Source: Candidatus Poseidoniaceae archaeon (GTDB lineage: Archaea; Thermoplasmatota; Poseidoniia; Poseidoniales; Poseidoniaceae). From it: DNA of 64,000 bases. The stretch lies in assembly GCA_028353405.1 (NCBI GenBank), contig JAOMOG010000007.1, forward strand, positions 755 to 64,754, in the 5' to 3' direction. Made by a program: the position numbers and the translations under genes. The notes beneath the pieces are model-generated. The model did not search any database. It was not told the DNA's origin and worked only from the letters and a program-made list of their open reading frames with translations. This document shows positions 60,217-64,000 of the stretch, one piece after another (the first letter of the stretch is position 1; each line of letters starts with the position of its first letter).

Positions 60217-61838
60217 TTGTAATGCGAACTGATGTACTAAGTATGATCTTGGGGTGGACGCTAATCGCGTTAGCGATTCCACTTGCTGCATCAGGTATCG
60301 CTACTGCTTTTTTAGATAATATTGAGTTAGCATTAATCGCTTTTGCAGTACCGAGTATTATCTCTTTGACTCTTGGAGTTACCATGTTGACTCTTTGGAC
60401 AAGGACCAATACTAGCGAGAGACTGAGGGATAAGGAAGCCTTTGCTGCTGTAGCACTAGTTTGGCCATTAGCAGTTTTGATAGGCAGTTTGCCATTTTGG
60501 TTGGGGGGAGTGTTCGTGGGACCATTTACCGGTGATGCAACTATGTTGGATATTGGCCGTGGTGCAGTAAACTCATGGTTTGAATCAATGTCTGGATTCA
60601 CCACCACTGGTGCAACTGTTATTTCTCATAATATGAGTCCTAATTGTATTCCTGGTCCGATGGACTGTATTAATGCACAACCTCGTGGACTTCTACTTTG
60701 GAGATCAATAACACAATGGCTTGGTGGAATGGGAATAATCATGCTTGGAATGATGGTATTGTCAAGAATAATTGGTGGAGGAATGGCACTGGCGCGGGCT
60801 GAATTAACTGGAACATCTCTATCAAAATTAAAACCTAAATTACAGCAAACTGCATTGGCATTATGGAGTTTGTATATTGTGCTAACAATTGTTGAAATGT
60901 TATTGTTGAAATTTTTGGGCGGTATGACATTATTTGATTCAGTGAATCATGCACTAACAACTGTTGCATCTGGTGGATTTTCAACACGAGATGCGAGTAT
61001 AGGGTACTATGATTCTTTGACGATTGAAAGTATTATTATCGTCTTTATGTTTATTGCAGGAGTGAACTTTACACTAATATGGTTATTTTGTATGAGGGAA
61101 TTCAAAAGAGCATCTAAGGATGAAGAATTTAAGAATTATCTAGTGTATTTGATTGTTGCAATATGTGCAATGGTATTAGCTCTAATGGCTACTGAGATAT
61201 CTCTTGGCAACTCATTAAGATACAGTTTATTCAATGTTATTTCTATTGGAACTTCTACTGGATATTCTTCAACTGATTATGGTGCTTGGCCGATCGTTAC
61301 ACAAATGATATTCCTGACACTAATGATTGTTGGTGCCTGTGCTGGCTCTACAAGTGGAGGATTAAAATTACTAAGAATTAATCTGGCTTTCAAAGTAGCA
61401 ATGCGTGAAATTATACGAATTGGACAACCAAGAAGGATAGACCGTATTCGAATGAATGGTGAAGTTGTTGAAAGACATCAACTTGGTCTGATAGTAGGTA
61501 TGTTATTTGTATGGATTGGTTTATTTGCAATATCTTGTGTTTTGTTGGCGATATGTATGCCAAATGAATCCTTTGAAAGTATAATTTCAGTCGTAGCATC
61601 ATCATTGGGTAATACTGGACCTGCACTTGGAGAATTTGGCCCTAGTAATACTTGGGCTGAGATGAATTCTGGTGCCTTACTAATTACATCAATATTGATG
61701 TGGTTCGGTCGTTTGGAATTGCTAACGGCTGTTATTTTATTACATCCAAAAACATGGAAGAAGGAAGAAAAGATTTTGACAGAAAGATCTGCTGTCGCCT
61801 TGCTTAGAAGAATTATTCCATCTAAAGATAAAGAATGA
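60213..61838 (+). CDS. trkH: Trk K+ uptake membrane subunit
   Basis: FESMSGFTTTGAT, QWLGGMG, SGGFS, STGY, GSTSGGLK, LGNTGP, GRLE. Confidence 0.95.
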   Translation: MIVMRTDVLSMILGWTLIALAIPLAASGIATAFLDNIELALIAFAVPSIISLTLGVTMLTLWTRTNTSERLRDKEAFAAVALVWPLAVLIGSLPFWLGGVFVGPFTGDATMLDIGRGAVNSWFESMSGFTTTGATVISHNMSPNCIPGPMDCINAQPRGLLLWRSITQWLGGMGIIMLGMMVLSRIIGGGMALARAELTGTSLSKLKPKLQQTALALWSLYIVLTIVEMLLLKFLGGMTLFDSVNHALTTVASGGFSTRDASIGYYDSLTIESIIIVFMFIAGVNFTLIWLFCMREFKRASKDEEFKNYLVYLIVAICAMVLALMATEISLGNSLRYSLFNVISIGTSTGYSSTDYGAWPIVTQMIFLTLMIVGACAGSTSGGLKLLRINLAFKVAMREIIRIGQPRRIDRIRMNGEVVERHQLGLIVGMLFVWIGLFAISCVLLAICMPNESFESIISVVASSLGNTGPALGEFGPSNTWAEMNSGALLITSILMWFGRLELLTAVILLHPKTWKKEEKILTERSAVALLRRIIPSKDKE

Positions 61839-61841
61839 AAC

Positions 61842-63368
61842 TCAGAATAATTTAGTTTGACCTGGATCTTTTTCCTGAATTATTTCCTCTTCTTTAGCCA
61901 CCTGCTGCTCAATCTGAGGTAATGGTTGGATCTCATCGCGCCTTTCAAGTAACTTAATTTGGCTTTCATTATAATTGGCAATTAGATCCTTTGTACTCCT
62001 CCGAGATAAAGGAAGTCCTGCTAATGAAGCATGTTCTTCTGCAGTAAAGCCAAGGCTCAATGAAATTGTGAAGTCAGAAGGGTCGCCAATTTTTTCTTCA
62101 GCCGACATTAATGCTGACAATATTGGCATCATTTCTTCTCTAACCGTTGATTTATTTGCACCGCAGGTGCTCGCTAATCTGTTAATAATCGTTGGACGAG
62201 TGTATGAACTACCACGGCGGAGATAATTAGGGTATGATGCGAAAATACGCCCTTCTAGAGGTGTCGGGTTAGCAATACTGGCAGATAAAGCGCTCAAATT
62301 AGAGCACCAATAAGTAGAACGATGTGCGGTATTTAAGAATCTTCCATAGAACATTTTATTGGCTTGTGATAGGGAACGGGCGCCTCTAACTATTCCTTTC
62401 ACATCAGTAAACAAGGATGCATTATTCCAATGCACCCAATTCATCAAATCATCTGGAGACTTATCTATAGTACGGGAAATAGATGATGCTTCTTCGGCTG
62501 ATCGGCTCCTATACAAATTATCTAGTCCAGGGAATATTTCAATCGAAATATCTCTCTGACCTGCTGCGATTTGCATACGAATAATATCCTTAGTTAGTGT
62601 TATTTCTTTGTCAACACAAACTACCTGCAAATCACGAACCAATGCCCGTAGATCACCTGGGTTGGCCCTAACCAACTCTTCAACAGCCGAATCTTCAAAT
62701 TCAATTTTCTCCTCGCGTAGCACTCTTTTGGCAATTCTTCTAAGGGCTTCATCGCTAGCCCTCTCAAAAATTATTTTTTGTAAATGCTTTGAAAAACGAT
62801 CTCTAGTACTTCTCCATGAGGAACCTTTACCCCATAATCCCATCTCCTCATTACATGCCATAATAACTGGCTGCATGGTGGAATCAAGTAATCTCAATAA
62901 TTCCGCCTTACCTCCAGAATCACCACTGAATGTTATTGCCTTACCTGCAATTTCATCACCCATCATAGCTTTCTCCAACTTCTCTTGACTGACTTCTCTT
63001 AATCCCCCAGAGAGATGGTCCACTTCATCTAGTAAAATCAAAGTCCTTTGGTTTTTTTCATTCGGATCATGGAATAAAGAGCGATGGGTTGAGCCTTGGG
63101 TTGCAGCCTTCCTTATTGCACCAGCATTTCTGGCATCGGATGCATTGAGTTCGATTACATTCCAACCCATATCAGCTGCTACTGCTCTTGCAACACTTGT
63201 TTTTCCAACACCCGGTGGCCCCACAAGCAGTAGCGCCTTTTTATTCGGAGTACCGGATTGCCAATCATCCAACCATTTACGGATTTTACGGCGTTGAACT
63301 TCATTGCCCTCCAATTGCCTCTCGGAGACTGGGCGGTGACGTTCAGTCCAATCGCTCACTTCACCCAT
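61842..63368 (-). CDS. rfcL: Replication factor C large subunit
   Basis: WTERHRP, GPPGVGKTS, IELNASDAR, LLDEVD, GDLRAL, C-terminal PIP-like QTKLF. Confidence 0.92.
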   Translation of the reverse strand: MGEVSDWTERHRPVSERQLEGNEVQRRKIRKWLDDWQSGTPNKKALLLVGPPGVGKTSVARAVAADMGWNVIELNASDARNAGAIRKAATQGSTHRSLFHDPNEKNQRTLILLDEVDHLSGGLREVSQEKLEKAMMGDEIAGKAITFSGDSGGKAELLRLLDSTMQPVIMACNEEMGLWGKGSSWRSTRDRFSKHLQKIIFERASDEALRRIAKRVLREEKIEFEDSAVEELVRANPGDLRALVRDLQVVCVDKEITLTKDIIRMQIAAGQRDISIEIFPGLDNLYRSRSAEEASSISRTIDKSPDDLMNWVHWNNASLFTDVKGIVRGARSLSQANKMFYGRFLNTAHRSTYWCSNLSALSASIANPTPLEGRIFASYPNYLRRGSSYTRPTIINRLASTCGANKSTVREEMMPILSALMSAEEKIGDPSDFTISLSLGFTAEEHASLAGLPLSRRSTKDLIANYNESQIKLLERRDEIQPLPQIEQQVAKEEEIIQEKDPGQTKLF

Positions 63369-63401
63369 AATATACAGCCATCACCGATGGTTATTCAACA
63401 T

Positions 63402-64000
63402 TCACAATTCTGAGATGGAAATTCTTGATTGTTTGCCACTATCTCTGTCCCTTAGTGTAACTGTATTATCTTGAAGTGATTGATGGTCAACTGTAATGCA
63501 AATAGGAACTCCAATTTCATCTGCTCTTGCATAACGCCTTCCTATTGAACCACTTGCATCATAGATTGAAACAGTTCCAAATTTGGAGCATAATGATCGG
63601 TGTATCTCCTTGGCTAATTTACCCATGCCATCCTTTTCAAATAGAGGGAATACACAATAATCAACAGGTGCAATCGATTCGCTCAATCTCAGAGTAACAT
63701 ATTCTTCACCATCTTTTCCAGACTCATCATAAGCATGGTCCAGTAAGTGCCAAATTATTCTATCAATGCCAAAAGCAGGTTCTACAACATGTGGTATATA
63801 CCATTCTCCAGATATGGTTTCAGTTCTCTGAACACGCTTTACATGTGTTAAGTCAACAGTTACCGACTCACCATTTTCCAAAGTTACTTGAGTAGGAAAT
63901 TCACAGTTAGAAGATAATTGTTCTACAGCCTTTTTGACAGCGCCTGCTAGTGCCCTAAACGCTGGGCCTGCTGTTGCTCCATCGGTAGTCCATCCATCAA
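63402..64000 (-). CDS. glyS: Glycine--tRNA ligase (homodimeric type), C-terminal part
   Basis: The frame is open to the window edge (…GPAFR…). PHVVEPAFGIDRI (motif 3) and GSIGRRYARADEIG (anticodon-binding domain). Confidence 0.93.
   Translation of the reverse strand, partial: DGWTTDGATAGPAFRALAGAVKKAVEQLSSNCEFPTQVTLENGESVTVDLTHVKRVQRTETISGEWYIPHVVEPAFGIDRIIWHLLDHAYDESGKDGEEYVTLRLSESIAPVDYCVFPLFEKDGMGKLAKEIHRSLCSKFGTVSIYDASGSIGRRYARADEIGVPICITVDHQSLQDNTVTLRDRDSGKQSRISISEL

Overview
Gene-dense, AT-rich archaeal core chromosome, most likely Marine Group II Euryarchaeota (Poseidoniales, Thermoplasmatota). The lineage is inferred from archaeal informational genes (PAN, PriS, RFC-L, SRP54, Kae1, aMBF1, Tsr3, archaeal-type ProRS/GlyRS) mixed with bacterial-type heterotrophic genes (hut histidine catabolism, methylmalonyl-CoA mutase/epimerase, futalosine mqnA/D/E, split transketolase plus transaldolase, TrkAH, OPT). 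It holds about 60 CDS and one tRNA-Val(GAC). I saw no transposase, integrase, phage gene or CRISPR array. Three small genes are missing from the ORF track: a QueD N-terminus at the left edge, a 58-aa ribbon-helix-helix protein heading the preQ0 operon, and a 50-aa DUF5679-like zinc ribbon. Most notable observations: (1) a half-size deoxyhypusine hydroxylase (DOHH)-like HEAT protein; (2) a preQ0 operon with a cysteine-less QueC fused to an intact MsrB, headed by an RHH gene with a palindromic operator candidate; (3) a perfect 11-6-11 dif-like Xer site; (4) a membrane-anchored protein with four EF-hands and zinc ribbons; (5) a recurrent non-canonical TT[C/G]A[A/T] box about 30 nt upstream of apparently leaderless genes. 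All calls come from reading motifs by eye; no searches were run.
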